This document shows, piece by piece, positions 13,164 to 26,569 of a DNA stretch of 64,000 nt. The translations under genes were made by a program, and so were the position numbers. Source of the DNA: Lytechinus pictus. Lineage: Eukaryota. The DNA lies in contig NC_087251.1 of assembly GCF_037042905.1 (NCBI RefSeq), forward strand, positions 6,078,001 to 6,142,000, in the 5' to 3' direction. The notes under the pieces were generated by a model, which was not told the origin of the DNA, did not search any database, and saw only the letters and a program-made list of their open reading frames with translations. The first letter of the stretch is position 1. Every line of letters starts with the position of its first letter.

Positions 13164-13215
13164 CTTCTACAGAGACATGGGGCCTGTTTCACGTAGCCTT
13201 AAGTTGAGGACGATC

Positions 13216-14393
13216 GTGATGATATTTTAACATATACTTCTTCATCACGAAGCCTTGAACCCCCTCCCATATACATTATAAGAGACACATGTAAACAAAG
13301 ATGGATTTCCCTTGGAAATCCATCTTTGAAGATAGAAATCATGTAAATTTCTATCATTTTATTTATCTATACACCTTCATACGCCTAACTCCACCGCACA
13401 CCTTACGACTGTTCGCAATCCGATTTTGGAACTCGCATTTTGCTCATTTTCTGAAAATGTGAATTGAACATATCATTTAATTTGAGGTTAAAATTAACTG
13501 AAAGAATACTATTATAACCATTTTGAAAGATTGCAAGCCTTTATTTAGGAGTAAAGGCCAAATTTGTTTCAAATCGTAGCCAATCGTACGACTGCTATGA
13601 TGTCATTACGACTAGATATTAAATTCGCTTTTATTCTAAGAAGGATGATAGCATAGTCACAGATTTGAACATAGGTATTCGTACGATGATTTAGAACATT
13701 ACACAGTAAGATATTCCAAGTCTTGATCTTAGCATCAAATTTTACTACATTTTATTCTGAAATCGGGTCGCAGACCAATCGTAAGGTGTGCGGTCGCCTT
13801 TAAGTGTATGAAGGTGCAAAAAATATCTTAACAAAAAGGTTAAAAATGAGGTTTCTTACCAGACCGATCTCGTGTAGATCCCTCGATCCATTTGTATACA
13901 CTGCACATACAATAGGCTTGACCCTTGAACCGCTTCATTATGATGTACATGTAGCTTCGAAAAGCAATGCTACAAAATGCCGATTTGAAGAACTATTTAT
14001 AGATAAAAATTATTATTTAACAAATAATAAAATTTAAAACTTGATGATAAATAGATTTTATCATTATTGTAATAATAATTATTTATAATATTTATAATCA
14101 AGTTTTAAATTCTATTATTTGTTAAATAATATTTTTTATCTATAAAGTGTTCTTCAAATTGGCAAGCCTATTGTATGTGCGGTGTATACAAATGGATCGA
14201 GGGATCTACACGAGATCGGTCTGGTAATTTTTTGCACCTTCATGTGTAGATAAATAAAATTATAGAAGTTTATGTGATTTCTATCTTCAAAGATGGATTT
14301 CTTAGGGATATCCATCTTTGTTTACACGTGTCTCTTATATGTATATGGGAGGGGGTCAAGGCTTCATGATGAAGAAGTATATGTCAAAATATT
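13216..14393. mobile_element. Palindromic non-autonomous element with a nested Kolobok-like MITE (~13385-13803)
   Basis: Arms 13216-13380 / 14235-14393 and 13805-14055 / 14090-14240 are reverse complements. The nested element has ccgcacaccttacga...tcgtaaggtgtgcggtcgcctttaa. Confidence 0.75.
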
Positions 14394-14396
14394 TAG

Positions 14397-14546
14397 GGAA
14401 TATTGGATGGCCTTGAGTGGGATGCGTTGAAATATTGTACGAGCTGAGGAACAATATTGGATGAGTCGAAGACGAATCCAATATTGTTCTTCAGCGAGTA
14501 ACAATATTTCTACGCATCCCATGAAAATTGGTCATCCAATATTCTT
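14397..14546. repeat. ~150-bp hairpin repeat (gagtcgaagacgaa loop)
   Basis: Arms gaatattggatggcc..gggatgcgttgaaatattgt..gaacaatattggat / atccaatattgttc..acaatatttctacgcatccc..ggtcatccaatattc. Confidence 0.7.
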
Positions 14547-16284
14547 ATTATTATTTAGATGCCCCCACAAAGCTAAACATAAATTAATTAAGAAATCTTC
14601 GTTTAGTAGTAGGCCTAGTGTACGGCACTGATACTTAAACAACAAATTCACACATATGCATTGCATTGTACGTAAAATTCTCACATAAATTACATGTAGC
14701 TGTAGCGCACATCGCGTCGTCTTCATAATTATGAAAAGCGCAACTAATAAGCAATGCAATTTCGTTGTGACGTTACAAAGCCTCATGCGCTCAGTCATTT
14801 ATTAACCAATGATAATCTTGTGGGCAGGGCAAAATATTCATTTTGTCCAATATTTTCAATATTGGACGGTTTGCATAGGCATGCACGTTAATCAATTTCA
14901 ATATTTTATCTCCTCGACCTCGCAAGACGTCAAAAAATATCTGCATCTCTAAAACACTACATCTAAATAATAATAAAAGATATTATCACGAAGCCCTCAA
15001 GGCTAGTTTCACGACGAGATGAGCGATACTGCATACGTAGGAACGTCCTAGGACCATGCATTCTTCTGAGATAGGAAGATTGACGACATATCAGCGATTT
15101 CAGTTTCCCGAAGGCAATTTTGTCTTCCAAGTCCGCGACATTGTTTGATATTGATAGTATCGGAAAAATATTTAGTCTTCATCGTCACCTGAACCTTTTA
15201 TTTCGGAATGGCAACTTTTCATAAAATCATATATTTCAGTAAATGGAGATCAAATAATGTTTTATTTATTAATGATCGTAGAAGTATGGAGCTTACTTTA
15301 TGAGGTAAAAAGACAAAAAACTTTAAAGATTCACAAACATAACTGGATAAAATCAAAATTTTCATTATTTCCCTTATTTAGAACACATTGTCCTTTTAGA
15401 GACACCTTTCATTGATATTTCAATGAAAGAGGCCCTTGTCCGACATAAAAATTGAATTAATTAAGTAATTTCGACATTGTATTATTTCAATATTCTGAAT
15501 TTTTATAGAATATCTATTTATAATGATAATTTTGCAAAATTTGTTGAGGTAAAAATAGGGTTTGAATGGAGTAAGCAAAATCAACGTGTCTGATTGTATG
15601 AGACTAAAAAGGAAAATATGAGAGGCGGCGTGTGAAAGATCTAATTTATTAATTTTATTTGTCAGATATAATGCAAGAAATGCAAGAAATACAAATGTGA
15701 GTGTTTAGAGTATAAACATACCTTTGCATGACGAGTAACCGAAGACAAGCAAAATATGAAAATTGCTGCAAACATGTCCAAGTGGGTAAAGTAGTGCTTT
15801 ACAATAATAATTAAAACATAGAAAAATGTGTGAAATCAATCCGCAATGGAAAAATTACTATTTACAGAAACAATGCTAAAAATGACAACAATCATAAACG
15901 TTAGTCATATTTGAAGTTGATAACTTTATTGAAGTTTATATAAGAATTATATAAGAATATTTAAGCTTTAAGAATATAAAAAATATATATGTTCAACATT
16001 TTAAAGTTAAGGAGTCGAGACTATATTATTGCTTTAACATGACATTGGGGCAGATAACAGACTTTCCATAATCTTTTCTTTTATAGGTACAGTGAACTTA
16101 TCTTCATTTGTAATGACTGGATGGGTTCGTAAACTATAGGCCTAATCTATATCTTAAATTCAATTAGCTATTTTGTTACTGCAGATTTTTTTTTTTTCAT
16201 TCATCATCTCAAGATAGCACAAATCCAACAATCAATTTTCATTGATTAAAATTAATCTCAGCAAAAAATAATAATTATAATGAA

Positions 16285-17946
16285 AACTAGAACTTTAATT
16301 CGTCATGAGGACGAATTAGGTGATCTGTCTCTGATTTTCATGATCACGAATACAATCACCATGTTTATTGAGATCAATACGATGATCATATTGAAAATTG
16401 AACTTTTATTATGAAAAGAACATGTTGAATACTCTTGAAAAGAGGAAAATGAGAAGTTTTGTGAAATAGGTGTAGGTGATACACATGGTACATGTTACAT
16501 TAAAAGGGTTTTTAAACTATTTTATTGTGCAATATTTTAACTTATATACCTTGCAATGGTCATAAAGGACCATTCCATTTGTGAAATGTTGAAAAGAAAA
16601 AAAAAAAGATTTTTTTTTTTCATGTTCACCCCTGGGCTCGAACCCTGGACCCTAAGGATGCAAGTCTGATGCCTTACCAATTGAGCTACACTATTTCCCA
16701 TAGACTTTACACATAAGCAAATTAAGAGGATCTCAAATCCAATATTGCAAGAGAAATACGGGCATGATCCCGGCATCTGATCGGAAAATGGAGACGGTTC
16801 AGACGACACTTGCGATAGCTTAGAATCTGAGCTAAAACATACTCCAAGCTCAGAGAAAACCGACAAAACAAAATGGAGATATGGCTCGCGAAATAGAGGA
16901 ATGTAAAATCCAGTTTTGAGAAAAAGTAATTTCCCATAGAGATTGCACACAAAATGACATGCCTCTATAACTTGCCATTTTTCAGGATGATCCGTTCCTT
17001 TAAATGTAAATATAGCCATCACATTAGAAAGCGTATGTCTTTAGCTACAACATATAAAAAACTGAGCGAAAATTGACCAATATTTACGGAGTTAGAGTCA
17101 AATTTGCATAACTATGATGACGTCATAAGTAGCAAAGTGGAAATTTTGAGTTCCGACGCCATTTTGATGACGTCATGATGAAATTAAGGGTCAAATGTGG
17201 CATGAAATCATATCTCCCATCCATACTCTATTCGAATATGAAAAAAAAAATTGGGGGTCAACAGACTTCCTGAAAGCTATAATGAATTTTGTATAGGCAT
17301 GTTGCACATATATTGTCTATGGTTAGTGCGCGCGCGCGTGCTGTAAACTTTGATGGAGGCTAATTCCGTTATTACTTGTCATAGAATGTTGATCAAGGTA
17401 TGAAATAACTCAGAATTATATTATCGATGCATTGATATAAAAAAAATGGCGATCCTATGCTCTATAGTGCCGTTACGCGCGAGAACGCGCGCGTAACCGT
17501 GCGCGCGCACAAATTTTTGAAATGCTTAAAATGACCTGAATCATACTATACTTTGGTCAAAAAGTGATTTTGAGCATTTTAAAATTTTGACGCGTGCGTA
17601 CTCGCCCGTCGTGATCTTTACATGACCTTTGATGACATGGACAGTTGACCCTTGACCTGAAGTTAATGTGATGTAAATATTGTTAATTTTTGATAATTGA
17701 TAATGAAGATATGATTGATAATGTGATCTTACAAAACGGCATCTAGATGACCTTGAACTTGTTTTATACACATGACATGATAAGTCCCCATATCTGATGA
17801 TATTTTGAAGATAATTGATGATGTATATTTGAAGATTTTGTGCTCACAAGAAAAGGGCAGAAAATAAAGATAAATAATAAATAAATAAAAAAGAAAATTC
17901 GTACGAAATTAATAGTTGATCTGTCGATTGACAGATCACCTAATTA
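16285..17946 (+). mobile_element. Helentron/HINE-like non-autonomous element
   Basis: Subterminal inverted repeat aattaggtgatctgtc (~16314) / gacagatcacctaatt (~17930), a 3' hairpin tgatctgtcgattgacagatca, and A-rich flanks. Confidence 0.6.
16624..16695 (-). pseudogene. tRNA-like (Pol III A/B box) remnant embedded in the Helentron-like element
   Basis: Minus strand TAGCTCAATTGG (A box)...CTTGCAT...GGTTCGAGCCC (B box). Acceptor and anticodon stems do not pair properly, so it is not a functional tRNA. Confidence 0.6.
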
Positions 17947-18037
17947 GGAAAAAAATAATAAATGATTTAGCATGTTTAGTAACATTTTAGTTTTGTTGCT
18001 GAAAGTTATAAACACGAATTTTACCATACATCATTTA

Positions 18038-19530
18038 TTTTTGTCTCGCCCACCAGAGGTGAAGGCGAGACTTAGGGATCCAAATGTCGTCCGTCCGTCG
18101 TCCGTCTGTCGTCCGTCCGTCACAAACCTAAAGACACATAACTCCACAACGGTAAGTCGCTTTTCAACCAAACTTGGATGGTAGATGGACTTGGGGGACC
18201 TGCATGTTATGCTGCAGTCGGAGGTCACATGGTAAGGTCAAAGGTCATTTTCAGGTCAACGTTAAAGTTTACATGCAAGACTCTCTGACACCTAACTCCG
18301 CAACCGTAAGTCACTTTTCAACCAAACTTGGATGGTAGATGGACTTGAGGGACCTGCATGTTATGCTGCAGTCGGAGTCACATGGTAAGGTCAAAGGTCA
18401 TTTTCAGGTATACGTTAAAGTTTACATGCAAGACTCTCTTATGACACCTAACTCCGCAACTGTAAGTCACTTTTCAACCAAACTTGGATGGTAGATGGAC
18501 TTGAGGGACCTGCATGTTATGCTGCAGTCGGAGTCACATGGTAAGGTCAAAGGTCATTTTCAGGTCAACGTTAAAGTTTACATGCAAGACTCTCTTATGA
18601 CACCTAACTCCGCAACCGCAAGTCGCTTTTCCACCAAACTTGGATGGTAGATGGACTTGGGGGACCTGCATGTAATGCTGCAGTGGGAGGTCACATGGTA
18701 AGGTCAAAGGTCATTTTCAGGTCAACGTTAAAGTTTACATGCAAGACTCTCTGACTCCTAACTCCGCAACCGTAGGTCACTTTTCAACCAAACTTGGATG
18801 GTAGATGGACTTGGGGACCTGCATGTTATGCTGCAGTGGGAGGTCACATGGTAAGGTCAAAGGTCATTTTCAGGTCAACATTAAAGTTTACATGCATGTC
18901 AACGTTAAAGTTTACATGCAAGACTCTCTGACTCCTAACTCCGCAACCGTAAGTCACTTTTCAACCAAACATGGATGGTAGATGGACTTGGGGGACCTGC
19001 ATGTTATGCTGCAGTCGGAGGTCACATGGTAAGGTCAAAGGTCATTTTCAGGTCAACATTAAAGTTTACATGCAAGACTCTCTTATGACACCTAACTCTG
19101 CAACCGTAAGTCGCTTTTCAACCAAAATTGGATGGTAGATGGACTTGGGGGGCCTGCATGTTATGCTGCAGTCGGAGGTCACATGCTAAGGTCAAAGGTC
19201 ATTTTTAGGTCAACGTTAAAGTTTACATGCAAGATTCTCTTATGACACCTAACTCCACAACCGTAATTCACTTTTCAACAAAACATGGATGGTAGATGTA
19301 CTTAGGCGACCTGCATGTTATGCTGCAGTGGGAGGTCACATGGTAAGGTCAAAGGTCATTTTCAGGTCAACATTAAAGTTTATGTGCAAGGTTCTTATGA
19401 CAAGTGTTATTCCATCCCAGCCATTTCACAATGAAGTTTCGATACAATTCTGTTGCGTGCCCTCGCAAATCACGATATTTCTGGTTATTTTCATAAGTGG
19501 GCGAGACACAAAATCACTTTTGCCATGTTT
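18038..19530 (-). mobile_element. Helentron-like element containing ~8 tandem ~156-bp units
   Basis: Terminal hairpin gtctcgcc...ggcgagac (18043-18071) and a second subTIR gtgggcgagac (19497-19507). The cctaactc motif recurs near 18291, 18447, 18603, 18757, 18934, 19090 and 19248. Confidence 0.75.
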
Positions 19531-20096
19531 TAAATTTGTTTTCATGTTGTTTATCTAATGAGAAAGTCAGAGAGATCGCCGCCCATTTCGATATTTCAAG
19601 TTTAATTGAATAAAACAAAAACAAACTGGAAAATGGACGGGGAAAAGACGGAGGGAGAATAAAAGAAAACATAACAAAAAATTATTTGGGCCTATTACCC
19701 TAGAGAAGTTAAAATGACATCCATTTTTTGTCGTCTTGCCATGCAAGATGACAACTAGACAACCTTAACGACCAGTTGCGCAAAAAAAAGAAAATTCATC
19801 CCAGATAAAATGCATCAGAGTGCAATCGAATGGAATGACGCCCCCCCCAAAATGTTTAAAGGTGATATGTCAGTATGGCTTGCCGTACACGCATTTTCTC
19901 TCAATGCCAACGGTGGCGGGCGGTGTGCAAAGAAGATCATGCCTACGTAGGGACATGTCTGGAGGTGTCTGGAGGTGTCTTTCTAAGGAACATTCTTCGT
20001 ATCGCCCAAATCGGCTTTGTGAAACAGTTGAGCGATATCTCGCAACAGGCCCCAAAGCTATAACTCGATCTGTACAGGTACTCAATGACAATGGCC

Positions 20097-21800
20097 ATCA
20101 TCATCATCATCCGTTAAAGTACAGTCTACCAGGTTGGTGTATCATCGTACTTGTAGAATTGTGCAGGAGTATGTACAGTGCTGTGGAAGATCTATTCTAC
20201 GTGCAGTTAAAAGAATCAGCGCAGTCTTGGCTCAATTGGATTTTCTGCACCTCAGCCTTGAAGCTGGCTACTGAAGTGCAGTTAACTGTAATGGCAGGGA
20301 GAGTATTCCACAGTCTAATGGCATCAGGAATAAAAGTTTTCTGATATGTAACAGTGCGAGCATGTGGGACGTGTAACCTCATTTGATGACCACGAAGCGA
20401 GGTGAAAGTAGCAGCCTGGTTGAATTAAGTACTGTACCGTTGGTACATCAACAATTGCGTTTACCAAGCGATAAACCATCACCACCTTGAACTGGACTCT
20501 TCTTTCTTCAAGGGTGGGCCACTGTAGCTGTCGTAGCATATCGGTGACACTACTAGTGCGATGATGGTCTCCCATGGTGAATCTAGCATATCGTCGCTGC
20601 ACCATCTCCAGCTTCCGGGTGTTGTCCTTGGTGAAGGGGTCCCACACTTCTCATCCATATTCAAGGACAGGTCTGAGGAGAGATTTGTTACATAGAACCT
20701 TGACACTTTTGGGAATGAGTGCAGGTTACGTTGCAAGAAGGCACGTGTAGAGTTGGCCTTCTTGGTGGCCATGCTAATATGGAGGTTCTACTTCATGTTC
20801 TGATGAATATGAACACCAAGGTATTTAGCAGAGCTGACCTTTTGTAAATGTTGATCATGAATGGAGTATGTCATGTTTAGTGGTTTCCGCTTGTTGGTTA
20901 CTGAGATAGTTTGACACTTCCGAGGATTGAATTTCATAAGCCAGTCTGACTCCCACTTCTGCAAAGAGTCAAGATCCTCTTGGAGTTTGTTGGCATCATC
21001 CTAAGATTTGATCTTGCGGTAGAGTAGACAGTCATCGGCAACAGTTGGGTTGTTGTCTGAGATGAAATGCAATCAAGCAGATCATTGATGTAGAGTAGAA
21101 ACAGGAGAGGGCCGAGGACACTGCCTTGCGGCACGCCTGACGAGACTGGGATAGTATTTGAGGTACATCCATTGAAGACTACCCTTTGAGTTCTGTTGTG
21201 GAGGAAGTCTTGAATCCAGCGCAGGGTAGTAAGACGAAGGCCGTAGAACTTCAGTTTGTATAGAAGTCGGTGGTGAGGGACTTTATCAAAAGCCTTCAAA
21301 AAATCCAAAAGGATCATGTCTTGCTGTTTGCCTTTGTCAAGGCCTTTGGCAAGGTCATCACAGGTGAAAATGAGTTGGGTGATACAAGAACGTCGCTTAC
21401 GAAATCCATATTGAGCATCTGTTATAATGTTATTACTATCCAGGTGATCCATAATAGAGCTGCAGAGAACATGTTCTAGGACTTTGCACGAGATAGATGT
21501 CAGAGATTTGGGTCTGTAGTTCTCTGGATTACTCCTATCTCCTTTCTTGAACACGGGAGCAACATTTGCCATTCTCCAGTCATCTGGAATAATGCCTTGA
21601 TGGATAGATGCTTAGAAGAGTATTGTAAGCGCTGGGGTGATCTCATCAGCAGGTGTTTTCAGTAATCTGGCTGAAATTCCATCTGGGCATGTTGCTTTAT
21701 GAGGATCAATTCTGGATAACAGTTTATCGACACCAGTTGGAGAGATGTCAATTTCACCCATATGTTTATGTATTAAGTTCGGATAAACCAGAGAAGTGGG
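20097..21800 (-). mobile_element. 5'-truncated, frameshifted CR1-clade non-LTR retrotransposon (RT domain)
   Basis: ORF 20934-21572 has RT motifs (PVFKKGDR..NYRP.SLTS, LDF.KAFDKVPH, GVPQGSVLGPLLFLLYINDL) and continues in shifted frames (LEMVQRR, FIPDAIRLWN). A (TGA)n tail lies at ~20097-20110. Confidence 0.9.
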
Positions 21801-21954
21801 AGTTGCGCGACAGCCAAAGTAAGTCAATGGTTTTTCCTTTTAAGTTTATTTTTTTCCTGTTTTGGCGCATTTCAGGCCAAAACGGAATAATAATCTTTAT
21901 TTTGGTCCAGTTCTTTTTATATATTTTTATGAAATAAAGACAAATATCTCTTTC

Positions 21955-22150
21955 TTCTGTACGCCAAGGATGGTAAGTTCAGGTGTTTAAGCCTTTCCTT
22001 GTATGGGAGATGTTTGATCCTAGAGATTACTTTTGTTGCTCTCTTGACAGCCTTAGCATCAGCAATTTACTGTGGTGACCAGATGACATTTCCATATTCC
22101 AGGAGTGGCCGCACTAACCCTTTAAATAGTTTGGGGGATCCTATTGTTAT
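21955..22150 (-). mobile_element. Short CR1-type RT C-terminal fragment
   Basis: Minus strand reads FKGLVRPLLEYGNVIWSP...RATKVIS..KHLPYKERLKHLNLPSL.YRR.RD. Confidence 0.7.
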
Positions 22151-22265
22151 TTTATTGTGTCTAACTTACACTCTCTATGAGACTCAAACATCAATCTAAC
22201 GTTACTAGATTCTAAGTTTAAGGTTTAGCAAAATCCATTGAAGAATAACAGTTCTCAACATTTTT

Positions 22266-24060
22266 ATCAAATCAAATCATTTATTTCCACAATAATAAAA
22301 AAAAACATTACAAATATGTACAAAATAGAAAACAAACATAATTGAAAAGGAAAGGAAGTGAACCGAGTTACTAAAAAATGATACAAAGAAATGTACATTA
22401 TTGTGGGGGAGCCAAAGAAGATAAAAATAAGTCTTAAAATCAGGCACCCAACATAAAATAAACAGATAAGTGATATCAAAATAGACATTTCTTAAAAATA
22501 TATAGCATGCGAATATGGCTCTCATTCATAACTTTCAAAATAATAGTTAAGAAAATCAACACAGTCATAAAAAATCAAATATCATTACGTATGGAAAAAG
22601 AATTAAGAATGATAACTTAAGTGATGACATAAACAATACAAAAAAAGATAAATTTGATTTTTAAGCTCTACTGTTATTTGTTAAATTTGTATCAATCAGG
22701 TACTTTTGAAATTACGTTTGAAGGAATGGAGGGATACTGAGTTTTTAATTTCTTTTGGTAAGGAACTCCACAGTTTAGGGCCAGTGAATAAAAGAGTGGA
22801 TTTAGCATATGATGTTCGAACCTTTGGAAAATGAAAGTCATTGGCAGAACGGGTTTCATAAGAATGTAAATCTAGATTAAGGGGAAATATATCAGAAATA
22901 TGAGGAGGGTGTAGACGATGTTTACATTTATACATAAAAATTCCAATTTGTAGATTCATGATATCATACACAGTTAATAGTTTGAGTTTATGAAATAATG
23001 GATCAGAGTGGGAATAATATGGAGAATTGGAAATAAGGCGAACCGCTCTTTTCTGCAATTTGAATACTCTATCAGAAAGATATTTTGAACAACAAGCCCA
23101 GATAATGTTACAATATGAAATATGTGGGAGAAACAAGGTATTATAAATGGAAAGAAGTATTTTAGGCGGGAGAACGTGACGTAAGCAATACAATACACCG
23201 ACAACTTGAGATATTTTAACACCGACATCTTCGATATGATATTTCCATGACATTAGTTCATCAATACGGATACCTAGAAATTTTGAATGATTTGTATGTA
23301 ATAATTGAAATCCATTCATTTGTAATTTAATATCCTTAATGTTACTAAATACCATAAAATTTGTTTTAGACATATAACTAATTTATTACATTTTAACCAA
23401 TTGCTTAAATTTCGGTCGGAGTTCATCGTTTAGAGTGTAGGTTATAAAGGAAATATCTTTATGAGTAAAAAAATACTAGTATCTGTAAATTGTATACAAT
23501 TTAAAATATTTGAAGAGCATTGAATATCATTTATGTAAATAAATAATAATGGACCTAATATGGATCCTTGTGGAATCCCACAAACAATATCTAACATTAC
23601 TGAACTAATTGAATCAACAGAGACAAATTTTTTCTATTTGTTAAATAGTTCACAATCCACTGATAGGGCATTCCCCGTATACCACAATGATAAAGTTTTT
23701 GTTTTAGAATATGATGATCAATGGTGTCGAATGCTTTGGACAAGTCGATGAAAATACCTACGTTTTTATTTTTTATTTTCGATGGAATTTGTGATATCTT
23801 GAGTAAATTTATTTAAAGCCAATGACGTTGAGAGACCCTCCCTAAATCCATATTGTGTACTATTGAGAATGTTATGAGACGATAAAAAATAGGATACCCT
23901 AGTATATACACATTTTTCAATTAGTTTTGAGAAGACAGTAAGGACAGATATGGGTCGATAATTTGATACAATTTCTTTTGATCCTGACTTGAATACAGGT
24001 ATCACTTTTGTTATCTTAAGTTTATCAGGTACGATTCCTGTAGAAATTGATTTATTGTAT
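22266..24060 (-). mobile_element. Decayed L2/Crack-type LINE with 3' UTR and tail
   Basis: ORFs 23766-24107 (KVIPVFKSG..NYRPISVL..QYGFR) and 22696-23373 (KFLGI.ID...LQKRAVRLI..GPKLWSSLP). GIPQGSILGPLLF remnant near 23550-23580. Tail aataaatgatttgatttgat at ~22266-22286. Confidence 0.9.
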
Positions 24061-24909
24061 GACAAGTCCACAACAAAAAAGTGGATTCGAATAAGAAAAT
24101 CAAACACACAGCCATAAAGGCAATGCTGAAAGTAAGAAAAGAAATTTATTACATTTTATTTTGGTTTATTTTCACAAATTGCACAATACAACAATTGGAT
24201 GAGTCAGTGGTGTCGCACATGCACTATTATATTTAAATTTTTGGAAAATTTGACAGTAGGTTCCAAATTTTCAATGACAATCCCACAAGTATATCCATCA
24301 TGGAGGAATCAACCTTGTTTTACACTGTGATGAAGAAAAAATGAGATACAGTGCGCCCCCCCCCCCCCAAAAAAAAAAATGCCCCTCTGATATACAGTTG
24401 AATTCATTCCAAGATTAAATATTATTCCAAATTAAATGTGTGGGACTAGGAAGCTCTTTCATGTTCTAACTTCTTTGAATTATTTCATTGGTCATTGGTA
24501 TTGCTGATGGGTGCGTTGAGTCTGTTGCATTGGTGATTGGTTCACGTCACATTGACTGGAACCCCACCCTCCGCCCAAACTCCAAAGCATAAACCGGCAA
24601 ACAGGGGGGATGGGTTCCCTTAACGCCACATGACACACAACGTCACAGACCCCTTCGGTACAAGCCTTTTTGTCGTGGTTTGTGATGATGACTGAAGTAT
24701 TTTCTTACAGAAAAAATAGATTATATTTTCTGAGATGGGAATGATTGTAGTGTTGATAATATGAACTGCCCAGAGTGAAAACAATATTAATCATTCATTG
24801 TATGACTGCTAGCTGAGTTGATTGAAGAGTGTTGTTTTTCTTGATAACCAGATGTCAGTGACAGTCTCATTGGTCTCTATTTTTGTATTTTATCTGTGTT
24901 TGCATATAG

Positions 24910-24953
24910 GATGGTGTGAAAAAGACATGGGACTACATCAAAGGACATGACAG
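24910..24953 (+). CDS. NUDT14: NUDT14-like, coding exon 2
   Basis: tag|GAT...GAC AG|gt, reading DGVKKTWDYIKGHD(S); compare recalled NUDT14 NGAQKSWDFMKTHDS. Confidence 0.9.
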
Positions 24954-25689
24954 GTTTGTAAATTCAACTAATTCGCAATATTATACAGACAAATGGAAAC
25001 CAGTATTCTCTTTCATTTTCCACAGATTGATTTACTAGACCAAAAGCTTCAGTCTCTGTAGACTACCCTGATATGCTACATTCACTACACTGACCTATGG
25101 TATTCAAATGTCAGAAGTTGTTTAATAAATCCCCAGAAAAGAAGATTATTCCTGTCTATTGATTTACAAGTTTTTTTTTTTTTTTTTTTTTTTTTTTACA
25201 TCACAAACTTCAGATTTCCTTTCTCAAAAAGTCCAGGCATCAATGAGCTAGTAGTGTTTATTTCACCCATGTTTCACTTCCTGTGTGTCACTTATTTTCT
25301 CATACAAGCATTGTACATGTACGATTTCTTTGTTTACTTTTGAAGGGGCTACCCTTGAAATGACGAAAGGAAAATTGACACCTTTTTATGGTGGCTCTTG
25401 CATGCATATGAGCATTTCATGAAAGGACTTGTGCGACGTATTATCCGACAAGTCGTGTTTTATCCGACAGTTGCCCTACTAATAGTGCTTCTCAGCCAAT
25501 CAAACTTAATGAAAGTTATCATATCTGACAACTCGTCTGACACAAATGCTACCAGAGGTATCACTACATGGATCCAGCCCCTGTATTTAATTGTGTTATT
25601 CTCCCTTTTAGTATGAAAGTAACCCCACAAGAGACAATCATTTTGTCTTGTCTGTATTAGCAGATATAATGAGTTATGACCATTTACTT

Positions 25690-25850
25690 CCTTCAGACCC
25701 TTTCCTTCTAGGGCTGCTTGTCATATAGACATTCTGGCTATTAATCCTAGTTCATTCTTAGTGATCAGCACCAGGTCATCTGCGTAGAGCAATTGCCGTG
25801 GGAAACCTTTCCTAAATGTTTTTTGAGATAACATCACGTGATAAAAATGA
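25690..25850 (-). mobile_element. RTE-like RT fragment
   Basis: Minus strand reads KGFPRQLLYADDLVLITKNE, containing the YADD motif. Confidence 0.6.
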
Positions 25851-26280
25851 AAAGATAGTACATGTACTTCTACTTTACTTTGACATCAAAGCTTTTGCAG
25901 TCAATATATGTTATGATGCATGCTTTTGCTTCTCTAATTAATGCGATGACTGCTATCCCAGCCCCCTTCCCCTTTGTTCCCCTCAAGGCCCATCTGACAA
26001 TATCCATTGATGCTGAAATTGAGCTGTGAAAATAGCACCATTATCCTATGTTTGATTTTTAATACCGGTAGGTATAGGATCATATGAATTAAATGTCTTC
26101 GTAATACCAGTGTGGGGTATATATTTTGTATTGAACAGACAGAGATATTAATTTATTAAACTGACTTTTTTTTCATTTTTGTCAATCATTGCCTTGCCAT
26201 TTCACCAAAATAATATGGAGAATGTTGGAAATAATTCTTAGATTTGTGAGATGTATATATTTTCTGTCTTCTTATTGCAG

Positions 26281-26345
26281 CATTGCAATTCTCCTATACA
26301 ACAAGGACAGGGATGTATTTCCAGTTGTAAAGCAATTCAGACCAG
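26281..26345 (+). CDS. NUDT14: NUDT14-like, coding exon 3
   Basis: cag|C ATT...CCA G|gt, reading IAILLYNKDRDVFPVVKQFRP with the conserved VKQFRP motif. Confidence 0.92.
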
Positions 26346-26569
26346 GTAATACTTAAAAAAAATTTTTTTTAGTATATTTACATAAGCTATCACTATGTGA
26401 ATGTTCTCTTTTTCTTCTTTAAACCAATAACGGCTAAGTGCTTAAAGTATGAATGTTTGCAGGTGACAGGCCCAAATTCTGAGGAACATGGTGATAAAAT
26501 AAGTTAACTTGACAATGGTAGATATTTTGAATGTAAACTGATCCAGTCTTTTCATTTCCTTACATTTAG

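Noticed and set aside
16624..16695. Functional tRNA-Ala(TGC) gene
   Set aside because: Acceptor and anticodon stems do not pair; recorded only as a tRNA-like remnant.
18137..19400. Regular repeat array as a possible CRISPR
   Set aside because: Units are ~156-bp full-length tandem copies with no unique spacers and no cas genes, in a eukaryotic context.
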